Shown here piece by piece: positions 36,262 through 49,584 of a stretch of DNA of 53,218 bases. Within the stretch, counting starts at the first letter, position 1. The number at the start of each line of letters is the position of its first letter. This DNA comes from Octopus bimaculoides (lineage: Eukaryota). The stretch spans positions 40,819,427 to 40,872,644 of the forward strand of contig NC_068990.1 in assembly GCF_001194135.2 (NCBI RefSeq). Direction: 5' to 3'. A model generated the notes under the pieces. It ran no database searches, was not told where the DNA came from, and worked only from the letters and a program-made list of their open reading frames with translations. Position numbers and translations under genes: made by a program.

Positions 36262-37690
36262 CCTTATCTCAGTCTGTTACCCCGATCTTTAAAAAGAGGA
36301 ACAGGTCTCTGGCAGTTAACTATCACTAATCTCACACACCTCCCATATCGTCAATAGTGTTTGAAAGGGCGGCGAGATCAAGGATAAATGGCTTCCTGGA
36401 AAGTCACACTCTTCTAAATTCCAAGCAGCATGACCTTCGCTGCGGCAAAGAATGCCTAACACGGATTTTACATCACATCGGTAATGTCCTTAAAACTTAG
36501 CGATCAGGTTCGAACGCTGATATATTAACTTCAGTAAAATCTCCGACAAAGTAGACCACAATATCCTCCTATTACAATCGGCCAGTATTAGAATCCATGG
36601 AAAATTGCCGCACTGGATTAAGTATTTCGTATGAACAAAAAATAACATTGAGGCACAGCAAAAGTCACCAGTGGTGTCCCTCAAGGGATTGGTTTGGGCC
36701 CGCTTCACTTTGTAGACTGTATGAACGACATCTCAAACATCATCAAACAGCGAAATGTAAGCATTCGCACATGGCTCCAAGCTTCAAGAATTATCGATGG
36801 AGATGAAGACCGAACTGAATTCCAGTACGATCTACATGCTGTAAGCCAATATACGGACAAAAACAACATGCTGTTAAATGAGGGAGATTTTAAATTTACG
36901 CACATTGTAAAAGATAATAAGTTCAAACAGCCATTTTCTTTTCGAGGAAACTACGCCTAGCATCCAACAAATAGGATGACCATCTCGGCTAGAGAGCTCA
37001 CACCAATAATGAAGTCGGAACGGCTCGCAGGCTGAGCCCCTGAATCCTCAGAACTTTCCAGTCCAGAGAACGAGACGTCATCATTTCTTTTTTCTCCTTT
37101 GTTCGAACGCACCTAGATTACCGCTGCCCGCCCCCTTCGTGGTCTCCCACATCAAGCAAAGCGCAACGAGAATTGAGTTATATTGGAGAGCAAATACTAA
37201 AAGCATAAAAATTCATGAGTGATCTTGATTGCTGAGACCAGCTTAAAACATTAAAACTTTAATTTCTCCAATGCTGCCGTGAGTGCTACATGATTTGCAC
37301 AAAGTGCAGAATACAGCACCAGCTTCGTCCAAACGACAGTAACATCATATTCAAAATTCATCCAAGACTGGGGTCAGAGTTCAGTTTCGTAACACATATA
37401 TACACAATAACACAATTTATTTTTCTCGACAGGGCCCGCTTTATTTAACATTTTCCTAAAACAAAGAAGGAAAAGATCCCATCCCCTTCAAAAGATATCG
37501 GGACAAATTTCTTCAAGGGATATGAGATAAGATACCTATACCTGAATACATGTCAGTCGACCTGTCCCTATTTCAACGGGTCCTAATATCACAAAACTTG
37601 ATTTTAAAATGACTTAACAGATCCTACCAGATGGGGTTATGAAGTTAGACATGGCCTGCGACAATTTTTGGCCTAAGCATGTCTAAGTTT
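36262..37690 (+). mobile_element. CR1-clade LINE, 5'-truncated and decayed (RT to 3' UTR)
   Basis: VTPIFKKRNRSLAVNY; GVPQG..GPLHFVDCMNDI; R.HLDY..WSPH; terminal TTAGACATG/CATGTCTAA stem-loop. Confidence 0.85.
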
Positions 37691-37695
37691 TATAT

Positions 37696-38156
37696 ATTCT
37701 TTTATTCTTTTATTTGTTTCAGTCATTTGACTGCGACCATGCTGTAGCACCGCCTTAAGTCGAACAAATCAACACCAGAACTTATTCTTTGTAAGTCTAA
37801 TACTTATTCTATCGGTCCATTTTTTCAAACCGCTAGTGTACGGGGACGTAAACACACCAGTTGTCAAGCGGTGGTCGGAGGACAAACAAAAACATAATGA
37901 CACTCACACACATACATACATACATACATATATATATATATGTATGTATGTATATACATATATACATACATACATAAATATATATAAATATACGACGGGC
38001 TTCTTTCAGATTCCGGCTACCAAATCCACTCACAAGGCTTTGGTCGGCCCGAGCCTATAGTAGAAGACACATGCCCAAGGTGCCACGCAGTGGAACTGAA
38101 CCCGGAACCATGTCATTGGGAAACAAGCTTTTTACCACACAGCCACGCCTGCGCCT
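37696..38156 (-). mobile_element. SINE family A, near full length
   Basis: Head AGGCGCAGGCGTGGCTGTGTGGTAA..CCGGGTTCAGTTCC, internal (ACAT)n/(AT)n, (AAAAG/AATA)-like tail. Confidence 0.9.
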
Positions 38157-38196
38157 GTATACACACCCACACACATACTCACATACACATTTATAT

Positions 38197-38253
<57 letters not shown>

Positions 38254-38879
38254 TATATTGATATAGGTAAGTGTGTGCATGAGGTTTGAGTATTTAGATG
38301 TGTGTGTGTTTGTATATACATTTTTATATACAATGACAGGAAATTTTCTTTTTATTGGTTGTAGAAATCTGATGAATTAATTTCGAAGAGAAAATATAGT
38401 TCATTGTAAATGGTGGCAGTCAGACTGATAGACAAACATTTCAAAGAAAGGGAGAATACCAGAAGATAAATAACCAGTAAGTGAATTCAGGTCAGTAATC
38501 GGTCCAACGTGAAAAAGGAACTGTTGTGGTATTTAAGCAGCCTCTGAAGTGAATTAAGTAAACTGAATTCGAGAAAAGTTTTATTCTGAAAACGGTGTAA
38601 GCTGATTTGTGTTGATTAAATGTACATGCTTTTGCTAGAGTTTTTTTTTTATGAGTGTGTAATAGAAGATTGTGCAGTTGTGTGTTGTTGACAAAAATAG
38701 ATTTATATTAAAAAGCTACTAAAATTTTTATTTAAAAGTTGCATCAAAAATATATGAAGTTCGTTACGTATTACTTCAAGACAAATGTTAAGATTCTATT
38801 TTATATATTATGCAAAAGGAAATTTTCAAATCTATTATGCTAGCCTAAAAAATTGCCTGCTATAAACATAAATATAGGT

Positions 38880-39269
38880 TTGTTGTTGTTGTTGGCACTC
38901 CGTCGCTTACGACGTCGAGGGTTCCAGTTGATCCGATCAACGGAACAGCCTGCTCGTGAAATTAACGTGCAAGTGGCTGAGCACTCCACAAACACGTGTA
39001 CCCTTAACGTAGTTCTCGGGGATATTCAGCGTGACACAGTGTCACAAGGCTGACCCTTTGAATTACAGGCACAACAGAAACAGGAAGTAAGAGTGAGAGA
39101 AAGTTGTGGTGAAAGAGTACAGCAGGGTTCGCCACCATCCCCTGCCGGAGCCTCGTGGAGCTTTAGGTGTTTTCTCTTAATAAACACTCACAACGCCCGG
39201 TCTGGGAATCGAAACCGCGATCCTATGGCCGCGAGTCCGCTGCCCTAACCACTGGGCCATTGCGCCTCC
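38880..39269 (-). mobile_element. SINE family B, full length
   Basis: TSD AAATATAGGT at 38870-38879 and 39270-39279; intact A and B boxes; (CAA)n tail. Confidence 0.93.
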
Positions 39270-39884
39270 AAATATAGGTAGAAGAGTATTTTTAAGAAAT
39301 TGTTCGTAAGCACCTTCCGTAGGATGCTATATAAATTTCTTTTATGCATAGATGTAAATAAATCTATAACGATATAATATGTTTAAATCTAAAGGAAAAC
39401 AAAATCAAGGAATGCATGCAGACATATACATATGAGTTGGTTTTTTATTTCCTTCTTCCCCCATCCCATGTAATCCTGGTATTTACTTTTAAATTTGTTT
39501 TCCGATCTTTAGACATATTCGTAAGATTTTCCCTACTAATAAGTAAAGATTACAATTTTTGTAACAAATATAATTTACTACATAAACACCACCTATTAAT
39601 GAAGTTTGCCTATATAAACTAAAAAGCAATTTTTTTGCAGAATAAACCGTCGAATGAAACGTGAACTCGAAGCCAACTCGAATTTTTCTATAAATGTGAT
39701 GCTTTTCTCAGTATTAAGTTCCATCATAATTAAATCGTCTGTTATTATTCTTAAAAAAAAAAAATAGTTTCAATTTAACAGACACACATGTCTGCATATA
39801 TATGTGAACATAACCCACATGCTGTTTTTTTTTCCTGGTTCACCTCTCTTCTTTATCTCCTTTCTTCTCTTTCTTGTCACTCTT

Positions 39885-40014
39885 GGGTCAAAGCATTAAT
39901 CGGCTCCGAGCTGCAGTAGAAGACACTTGGTCAAGGTGTTGACTAGGGGAACAGGACCTGAAAACCAAGTAGTTGCAAAGTGAGATTCCCAACCACAAAG
40001 CCACGCCTGCGCTC
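39885..40014 (-). mobile_element. SINE family A 5' fragment
   Basis: GTAGAAGACACTTGG.CAAGGTG...AGCCACGCCTGCGC. Confidence 0.65.
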
Positions 40015-41315
40015 ATATATGTGTATCTATGCACACATACATATGTATATATACTTAAAAATTGCATATCAATATATAAACATACATGCATACATACATA
40101 CATACATNNNNNNNNNNNNNNNNNNNNNNNNNNNNNNNNNNNNNNNNNNNNNNNNNNNNNNNNNNNNNNNNNNNNNNNNNNNNNNNNNNNNNNNNNNNNN
40201 NNNNNNNNNNNNNNNNNNNNNNNNNNNNNNNNNNNNNNNNNNNNNNNNNNNNNNNNNNNNNNNNNNNNNNNNNNNNNNNNNNNNNNNNNNNNNNNNNNNN
40301 NNNNNNNNNNNNNNNNNNNNNNNNNNNNNNNNNNNNNNNNNNNNNNNNNNNNNNNNNNNNNNNNNNNNNNNNNNNNNNNNNNNNNNNNNNNNNNNNNNNN
40401 NNNNNNNNNNNNNNNNNNNNNNNNNNNNNNNNNNNNNNNNNNNNNNNNNNNNNNNNNNNNNNNNNNNNNNNNNNNNNNNNNNNNNNNNNNNNNNNNNNNN
40501 NNNNNNNNNNNNNNNNNNNNNNNNNNNNNNNNNNNNNNNNNNNNNNNNNNNNNNNNNNNNNNNNNNNNNNNNNNNNNNNNNNNNNNNNNNNNNNNNNNNN
40601 NNNNNNNNNNNNNNNNNNNNNNNNNNNNNNNNNNNNNNNNNNNNNNNNNNNNNNNNNNNNNNNNNNNNNNNNNNNNNNNNNNNNNNNNNNNNNNNNNNNN
40701 NNNNNNNNNNNNNNNNNNNNNNNNNNNNNNNNNNNNNNNNNNNNNNNNNNNNNNNNNNNNNNNNNNNCAAACATGGGGGAAAACTAACTGAATACAGAAG
40801 TAGCGTGTAATCATTAATTATATTGTTGAGTTTACTCTCTGTTTCTACTCAGAGCTTCGCGTATGTCGACGTGAAAAACCTATTATTTAGAACACAGATG
40901 ATATGTGTGCGTGCTCATTGAAATGGAAAATGCAGTATAAAGCAAAAATAGAAAGAAAAAAATGGATAACGAAGAAGAAGAAAAGAATAACGCTTGTATA
41001 TATAAAATATTATATATGTGTGTGTATGTGTATGCGTGTGTTTGTGTGTGTGACTGTGTGCGTGTAAGTATGTGTGTGTCTGTAATACATGTCCACACAT
41101 ATGTGTATATGCATACGCTTATGCACACATACAGATATCTTGTACATATACAAGCACACAAAGAAAGTAGTCATATGCCTTCATCTTGCTTTCATCAGCG
41201 TTTATTTGCTTGTACATTATGTATTTGTTTATGTGTCTAGACATACACACATACTTATATATGCTTGTGAATATATACATAAGTATGTGTGTTTGTGTTT
41301 ATATATCTAATATGT

Positions 41316-41372
<57 letters not shown>

Positions 41373-42318
41373 NNNNNNNNNNNNNNNNNNNNNNNNNNNN
41401 NNNNNNNNNNNNNNNNNNNNNNNNNNNNNNNNNNNNNNNNNNNNNNNNNNNNNNNNNNNNNNNNNNNNNNNNNNNNNNNNNNNNNNNNNNNNNNNNNNNN
41501 NNNNNNNNNNNNNNNNNNNNNNNNNNNNNNNNNNNNNNNNNNNNNNNNNNNNNNNNNNNNNNNNNNNNNNNNNNNNNNNNNNNNNNNNNNNNNNNNNNNN
41601 NNNNNNNNNNNNNNNNNNNNNNNNNNNNNNNNNNNNNNNNNNNNNNNNNNNNNNNNNNNNNNNNNNNNNNNNNNNNNNNNNNNNNNNNNNNNNNNNNNNN
41701 NNNNNNNNNNNNNNNNNNNNNNNNNNNNNNNNNNNNNNNNNNNNNNNNNNNNNNNNNNNNNNNNNNNNNNNNNNNNNNNNNNNNNNNNNNNNNNNNNNNN
41801 NNNNNNNNNNNNNNNNNNNNNNNNNNNNNNNNNNNNNNNNNNNNNNNNNNNNNNNNNNNNNNNNNNNNNNNNNNNNNNNNNNNNNNNNNNNNNNNNNNNN
41901 NNNNNNNNNNNNNNNNNATATATATATTTATATACATATATATGCATATACAGGTATGTGTGCATACATATATGTCTGAATACATATACACTCACATCTA
42001 GAGGCATCAGTATAAAGATAGGTAAATACATGAGCGTCGTCCATGCGCGCAAGCACACACACATAGAAACGTACACATATATATACCAGCACACATGTCT
42101 GCATATCCTTATGAAGAAGAAATGACAAAGATACAATGGATAAAATGAAGGAATAAGTATGAATATAATTGTATATATTACACAATATATACCTTTAATA
42201 ATGTGCAGCATCCACCGCATAATGTATTTTAGATCGGCAGACGTTGCGAAGGGACTCAAGGGATGAAAGTTTCGGTCATAGTGTTTATCAAACCTGGAAT
42301 AATAGTAGCATATAAATC

Positions 42319-42525
42319 TAAGGCGACGAACTGCACAACCGTTAGCATGCTAGGCAAAATGCTGAGCGGCATTTCGTCTGTCTTTACGTCCTGAGCTCAA
42401 ATTCCACGAGGTCGACTTTGCCTTTCATACTTTTGCGGTCGATAAAATAAGTAACAGTTGAGCACTGCGGTCGATGTAATTGGCTTACCTCTCTCCGAAA
42501 TTTCAGGTCCTGTGCCAAAATTATG
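42319..42525 (+). mobile_element. SINE family C, near full length
   Basis: TAAGGCGACGAACTG..GAGCTCAAATTCC.CGAGGTCGACTTTGCCTTTCAT..GTCGATAAAATAAGTA. Confidence 0.85.
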
Positions 42526-42783
42526 TATATATATATCTGTAAATATGAAATATAACAATTTATCAAAAAAAAAAAAATAGAATGAAAGAAATATATTATG
42601 ATAAACCATGATAAGACAACCGAAGAAAATAATAAAAATTTGTATCATGAAATTTGTAGCAAAATATCCGATATGTGTGTGTTTTTATATTACGTAAATT
42701 TTCATTTGAAACAATTGTAACTGATCATTAAATTTGTGTTAAAATTTTTCTTTGTCCTCTTTAATAACATTAATTATATATAT

Positions 42784-43055
42784 GGGCTTGGTACTTATTC
42801 TGTATTCTCTTTTGCCGAACTGTAAACACACCAATAACGGTTGTCAAGGGAACAAACACAGACCAAAGAATCACACACATAGATATATGTACAATAGGCT
42901 TCTTTTTTCAGTTTCCATCCATCAAATCTACGCAAAAGTATTTGGTCAGCCGAAGGCTATAAAAGACACTTGTCCAAGATGCCACACAGCGAGTATGAAC
43001 CCGAAACTATGCGATTAGGGAGCAACTTTTTACGACACAACGACGCCTGCACCTG
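42784..43055 (-). mobile_element. Older SINE family A copy
   Basis: Both halves recognisable, with deletions. Confidence 0.7.
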
Positions 43056-43359
43056 TACGTATGATTTTCCTTTGAGTTTAATTTAAGTACTTGAGAGAAT
43101 TCAAGCCGGTTGCTAACAAAGCAACAAAACTTTTGAGTTAAGAGAGTTTCTGACGTTCGTAGATATGTTGTTGAGTTGGTATGCTGGTTGAGCTTTCGAT
43201 GCGTACACCCAAGTGTGTGCATTTGTTCACATAAGAATCTCACCTGAAGAATTTCTGGAATGTCTTACAAATCTTCACCGTGCCACTAATAGATTGGATT
43301 TGGAGAATTCGCATCAGTTTTGCACAATATAGAATTCAGCCGAGGAGTCTCTATCTATT

Positions 43360-43530
43360 TACAAGGCCTGCTAGAAATAGCCGCCAAAACTTACTCAAAC
43401 CTAACCCTGCTGTCTTATGTGAGGAAAGGAGACATAAGAAAAATATAGTTCGGGGAGGCAAAGCAGTTACGGCTGGAGTATCTTTGAACATAGGCTTGCT
43501 CGATCAGGGTTGGCCTGGGGCTAAACATGA
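43360..43530 (+). repeat. Interspersed repeat family D copy
   Basis: CCTGCTAGAAATAGCCGCCAAA...GCTCGATCAGGGTTGGCCTGGGGCTAAACA. Confidence 0.6.
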
Positions 43531-44609
43531 TTGTCAGATGGTTTATCAGTATGTCACTCGGTACTCTGTGTATATGTGTGTGTNNNNNNNNNNNNNNNNN
43601 NNNNNNNNNNNNNNNNNNNNNNNNNNNNNNNNNNNNNNNNNNNNNNNNNNNNNNNNNNNNNNNNNNNNNNNNNNNNNNNNNNNNNNNNNNNNNNNNNNNN
43701 NNNNNNNNNNNNNNNNNNNNNNNNNNGTGTGTGTGTGTGTGTGTGTGTGTGCTTGTGTGTGTGTGTGTGTGTGGCCTTGACTGCTTAATAGATTCCTAGG
43801 TTGTTTCGCTGTCGATGTCTGTGGTTCAATTAGTCGGAACGTGTGTGTGTGGGGTGGGGGTGCTTGTGTGCGTGTGTGCTTGTGTGCGTGTGTGCTTGTG
43901 TGCGTGTGTACTTGTGTGTGCCCACCAGGATTGCTAAACTGTGACTACGTCAGTATAAGTTTTTTTTTTGTTATTGGCTTCTTGATACCTGCATTAAATA
44001 TGTTAACACTAACTGAACTCTTTTCTCCGTATCTATCCGTCCATCTGTCTGTCCTGCCGGCCTATTTATCTATCTCTTTAACAATCACTCAGTCTCTCTA
44101 TCTGTCTGTGCATCTGTCTGTTTGTCTTTGTGGTTATCTGTCCGTGACACTTTCAGTCACTGTGTCTAGGTCTTCAGACACTTTATATGTAAGGTTTGCT
44201 GTCTATCTGTCCATCAAATCGTCAGACTGTATCTCTGCTTGTCTGTCTGTCTGTCTGCCTGTATTCTGTATGTCTGGCTGTATGTCTGGCTGGCCTGCTT
44301 ACTGAGTGTTTACTGGTCCGTGTAAATGTCACAGTCTAGACCGATGAAAATAGGTGGTGAAGCTTAATGGCGTGCGATGTGGGCTGTAAGCATGAATTTC
44401 CATGCGTATATGAAGTCGAGTGTTTGTGAGTAGCGTAGAGACACTGAAATAAGGGGGTTGAGAGTGAAAGGTTCAAATGACCTTTAATTAACTGATATGG
44501 CCGAATACAATTTATATCATTCTAGTCACTCTAACAGTTAGAATACACTACCCCAACAACAACAACAACAACAACAGCAATACAACTTTGATGCGAGAAA
44601 ACTTCTGTG

Positions 44610-44800
44610 TGGTTGCTCCACTTGCTAGAAATAGGACGCAATTGTTTCCGAAAAGAATGCGTTGAATAATAAAGTCTTGAGTTCCTTGTACATCGGTGTA
44701 TGATGGAATAGTCAGAATTGGAACGGCTTCTGATCATATGTCTGCTCGATCAAAGTTGACCTGGAGCTAAACATCATCATCATCATCAGCAGCAGCAGTA
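44610..44800 (+). repeat. Interspersed repeat family D copy with (CAT/CAG)n tail
   Basis: TTGCTAGAAATAG...CTGCTCGATCAAAGTTGACCTGGAGCTAAACATCATC. Confidence 0.6.
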
Positions 44801-45290
44801 GCAGCAGCAGCAGTAGCATAATTGTCGTCACCACCACCCTCCTCCTCCTCCTCCTCCTCTTCCTTCTCCTCCTCTTCATCCTCCTCCTCCTCNNNNNNNN
44901 NNNNNNNNNNNNNNNNNNNNNNNNNNNNNNNNNNNNNNNNNNNNNNNNNNNNNNNNNNNNNNNNNNNNNNNNNNNNNNNNNNNNNNNNNNNNNNNNNNNN
45001 NNNNNNNNNNNNNNNNNNNNNNNNNNNNNNNNNNNNNNNNNNNNNNNNNNNNNNNNNNNNNNNNNNNNNNNNNNNNNNNNNNNNNNNNNNNNNNNNNNNN
45101 NNNNNNNNNNNNNNNNNNNNNNNNNNNNNNNNNNNNNNNNNNNNNNNNNNNNNNNNNNNNNNNNNNNNNNNNNNNNNNNNNNNNNNNNNNNNNNNNNNNN
45201 NNNNNNNNNNNNNNNNNNNNNNNNNNNNNNNNNNNNNNNNNNNNNNNNNNNNNNNNNNNNNNNNNNNNNNNNNNNNNNNNNNNNNNNNNN

Positions 45291-45291
45291 C

Positions 45292-45364
<73 letters not shown>

Positions 45365-45375
45365 GCAGCAGCAGC
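45291..45375. repeat. (CAA)n microsatellite at a gap edge
   Basis: Direct reading. Confidence 0.95.
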
Positions 45376-46351
45376 AACCAGAAGAATAGCAACAAAGACA
45401 GTTGCCATTAACGTTATCTATAAGCAGGTATTTCACCCTCTCATCTACCCATTGCTATTATTGCTACTGTAACTTACCGATACAAAAAAAAAAGAACTAT
45501 TTTATATAGCTATTCTACTTTCTCGGTGTTGAAAATATTATTCGTATCATTGCATTGCTGAATACTGGGTCTTCTAATACATGTATGCCACGTTACTGCA
45601 AACTGACAGCTCTTAATGCATTATAGGACTATCATTTGACAAAAAAATCATGGCTATATCTGATAAAAACACAGCTTTCTTTTTGTATTTATTTATCCCG
45701 AATTATGGAAAAAATATTGTAGGTGGAAGGGGAGAGTCACTCCACCAAAATTAGTTCGATATAGCCATCAAATCTCACTCAGCATCTTTCGTTAAAATGT
45801 TAAAATGAAGTTCTTAACGGTTTAACCGCTAATTGTTAGTCTAACAGAATCCACAATAAATACAGGGAAGATGGAATGGCTAGATCAATGAACGAATGCT
45901 GCTGTAATCTGCAATGTGCAATGGAAATATTAAACCAACAACTGCAACTATAAATCTGCAACAACAGCCCAGCATCAAATTAACAGTATTAACACTATCA
46001 TCACTGCAATACACATGTCAGTTATATCTACCTGCATTTTCCTATTTCCCATACAATTGCAATACCTGACTTCTGTATTATTATATTTAAGTTCAGCTGA
46101 TTCTCAGTAAATGTTTCCTTTTACATAAAACCTCGACATAGCTGTTTACAAACATACAATTACGCTCTATTACTTCAATGATAATGTCATCGATACTGTC
46201 TCTCTCTTCATAATCTCAACCTTCATCAACTTAATACTGATCATCTAGATTATACTCCTTGACCAGTTCTCAAAATCCTATCAAAATTTATGTCGCATAT
46301 GTTTTTAAGTTACATGAATGTATGCATTATATGTACATATACGTATGTATA

Positions 46352-46400
<49 letters not shown>

Positions 46401-47439
46401 NNNNNNNNNNNNNNNNNNNNNNNNNNNNNNNNNNNNNNNNNNNNNNNNNNNNNNNNNNNNNNNNNNNNNNNNNNNNNNNNNNNNNNNNNNNNNNNNNNNN
46501 NNNNNNNNNNNNNNNNNNNNNNNNNNNNNNNNNNNNNNNNNNNNNNNNNNNNNNNNNNNNNNNNNNNNNNNNNNNNNNNNNNNNNNNNNNNNNNNNNNNN
46601 NNNNNNNNNNNNNNNNNNNNNNNNNNNNNNNNNNNNNNNNNNNNNNNNNNNNNNNNNNNNNNNNNNNNNNNNNNNNNNNNNNNNNNNNNNNNNNNNNNNN
46701 NNNNNNNNNNNNNNNNNNNNNNNNNNNNNNNNNNNNNNNNNNNNNNNNNNNNNNNNNNNNNNNNNNNNNNNNNNNNNNNNNNNNNNNNNNNNNNNNNNNN
46801 NNNNNNNNNNNNNNNNNNNNNNNNNNNNNNNNNNNNNNNNNNNNNNNNNNNNNNNNNNNNNNNNNNNNNNNNNNNNNNNNNNNNNNNNNNNNNNNNNNNN
46901 NNNNNNNNNNNNNNNNNNNNNNNNNNNNNNNNNNNNNNNNNNNNNNNNNNNNNNNNNNNNNNNNNNNNNNNNNNNNNNNNNNNNNNNNNNNNNNNNNNNN
47001 NNNNNNNNNNNNNNNNNNNNNNNNNNNNNNNNNNNNNNNNNNNNNNNNNNNNNNNNNNNNNNNNNNNNNNNNNNNNNNNNNNNNNNNNNNNNNNNNNNNN
47101 NNNNNNNNNNNNNNNNNNNNNNNNNNNNNNNNNNNNNNNNNNNNNNNNNNNNNNNNNNNNNNNNNNNNNNNNNNNNNNNNNNNNNNNNNNNNNNNNNNNN
47201 NNNNNNNNNNNNNNNNNNNNNNNNNNNNNNNNNNNNATATATGCGTACAGGTTTGTGCATACCGACATCCACCTGTATGTATAGGTGCATATCTGGGTAC
47301 AGGACATTGCAAACAAACGTAGACGAGAACACACGAGCCACATAGAGAACATATATATTTGCAAGTACATGTGAATTTTAATGTACCTTGTGAGTATAAA
47401 TTTTCAATAAAAATACATGCACTGGTTATATTCTACTCA

Positions 47440-47485
<46 letters not shown>

Positions 47486-49525
47486 AATAGTTAACTAACT
47501 AACTAATCGTTTCAACAGTTTTTTTTTTTGATCAACCTTGTATTTGGTCCGTCGGCGTATTTTTGTCGCTTCCTGTTACCTCATCAATGATGCACAGTTA
47601 TCATTTGCACTCATGTGACAGAAGTGAAGGAAACGAGCTAATGGAAATAATATAGTGGCCAATAGCATGTATTTAGACAGCAAAGTTAAATAGAGGTATA
47701 TTAAATACGATGAAAATAATTAACTGATTTATTGAAATAACCTTCGCTTCGAGGGGGAGTAAACAAACACCTTGTGGCAATTGCAACCGACTCTATACGA
47801 GGAGGAGAGATAATTTCATGTATCAAGATTCTCCAGAATTGACATAACATTTCAAAAAGACAATCGATTGTTTTGTTTTGTTTTTCTGGAGACAAGGGGA
47901 CAACTGTGAACACGTGTTTCTGACTCGATAAGCATCATTTGTACAGTGTTTATTTACTTTGACACTATAAAGCACTGACGCACACAAAAAGGCTAAAGAA
48001 TATTTTTGTTTTAAAGTAAGTTAAAAAGACCGTAGAGAAATTACTCAAAATGGTCAGCGGCATGAATTTGGACAACAAATACGAATTGTGACATGTTAAA
48101 TATCATACAAGATAAATTCTTTATTTATCCAAACTGACTCCGCTTCAAAACAAGATAGACAAATACCCAGCGACAATTGCAACCGGCACCAAATGAGAAG
48201 TGGGCGAGGGTTACAATGGATCAAGAATCAATCTTCTGAATTAGAACGCATTTAAGGGAATCGAACTAATGTTTAGGGACAAGAGTGTTCTTGTTTGTTG
48301 CTTTGCAATTTTACAAATCCTTGTGTAACGAATCATATACATACAAACACATACGCATGTGTATGTGTGTGTGTCTCTACGAACATATACGCCCATCCAT
48401 ACGAACACACACACACACACACACANNNNNNNNNNNNNNNNNNNNNNNNNNNNNNNNNNNNNNNNNNNNNNNNNNNNNNNNNNNNNNNNNNNNNNNNNNN
48501 NNNNNNNNNNNNNNNNNNNNNNNNNNNNNNNNNNNNNNNNNNNNNNNNNNNNNNNNNNNNNNNNNNNNNNNNNNNNNNNNNNNNNNNNNNNNNNNNNNNN
48601 NNNNNNNNNNNNNNNNNNNNNNNNNNNNNNNNNNNNNNNNNNNNNNNNNNNNNNNNNNNNNNNNNNNNNNNNNNNNNNNNNNNNNNNNNNNNNNNNNNNN
48701 NNNNNNNNNNNNNNNNNNNNNNNNNNNNNNNNNNNNNNNNNNNNNNNNNNNNNNNNNNNNNNNNNNNNNNNNNNNNNNNNNNNNNNNNNNNNNNNNNNNN
48801 NNNNNNNNNNNNNNNNNNNNNNNNNNNNNNNNNNNNNNNNNNNNNNNNNNNNNNNNNNNNNNNNNNNNNNNNNNNNNNNNNNNNNNNNNNNNNNNNNNNN
48901 NNNNNNNNNNNNNNNNNNNNNNNNNNNNNNNNNNNNNNNNNNNNNNNNNNNNNNNNNNNNNNNNNNNNNNNNNNNNNNNNNNNNNNNNNNNNNNNNNNNN
49001 NNNNNNNNNNNNNNNNNNNNNNNNNNNNNNNNNNNNNNNNNNNNNNNNNNNNNNNNNNNNNNNNNNNNNNNNNNNNNNNNNNNNNNNNNNNNNNNNNNNN
49101 NNNNNNNNNNNNNNNNNNNNNNNNNNNNNNNNNNNNNNNNNNNATATATATATATATATATATATATACGATGTACGTTATGCATACATATGTATATATA
49201 GATATTGCATACATATATTTAATGTATGAAATAAACTCACGCACATATGTATACATATGTACACACATATGTGTGTGTATGTATATATGTGCGTGTTGTG
49301 TGTCTCTGTAAGTTTGTATATGTATGTAAAATAGAAAAGCGTCGAATTGGAAGTTCAGTAAACAGACTGAAATTTACACAGGCATTGTTAGTAATAATTG
49401 TTTGCGTAGTTTGTGCGCGCGTGTGTATGTAGGTAAATATGTATGTATAGATATAGAAACACAAAAGTACAAATATATGGATGAAGATTCGCAGACACAT
49501 ATGCGTACATATATACCGAGAAAGA

Positions 49526-49527
<2 letters not shown>

Positions 49528-49580
<53 letters not shown>
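49528..49580. repeat. (AG)n microsatellite
   Basis: Direct reading. Confidence 0.95.

Positions 49581-49584
<4 letters not shown>

Noticed and set aside
38369-38390. CTGATGA...CGAAG hammerhead-like core
   Set aside because: GAAG instead of GAAA, and no stem I or III.
47701-47913. 70-aa minus-strand ORF and a CAATTGCAACCG 12-mer repeated near 47778 and 48174
   Set aside because: GTG start, no recognisable motif; one repeated 12-mer has no further alignment.
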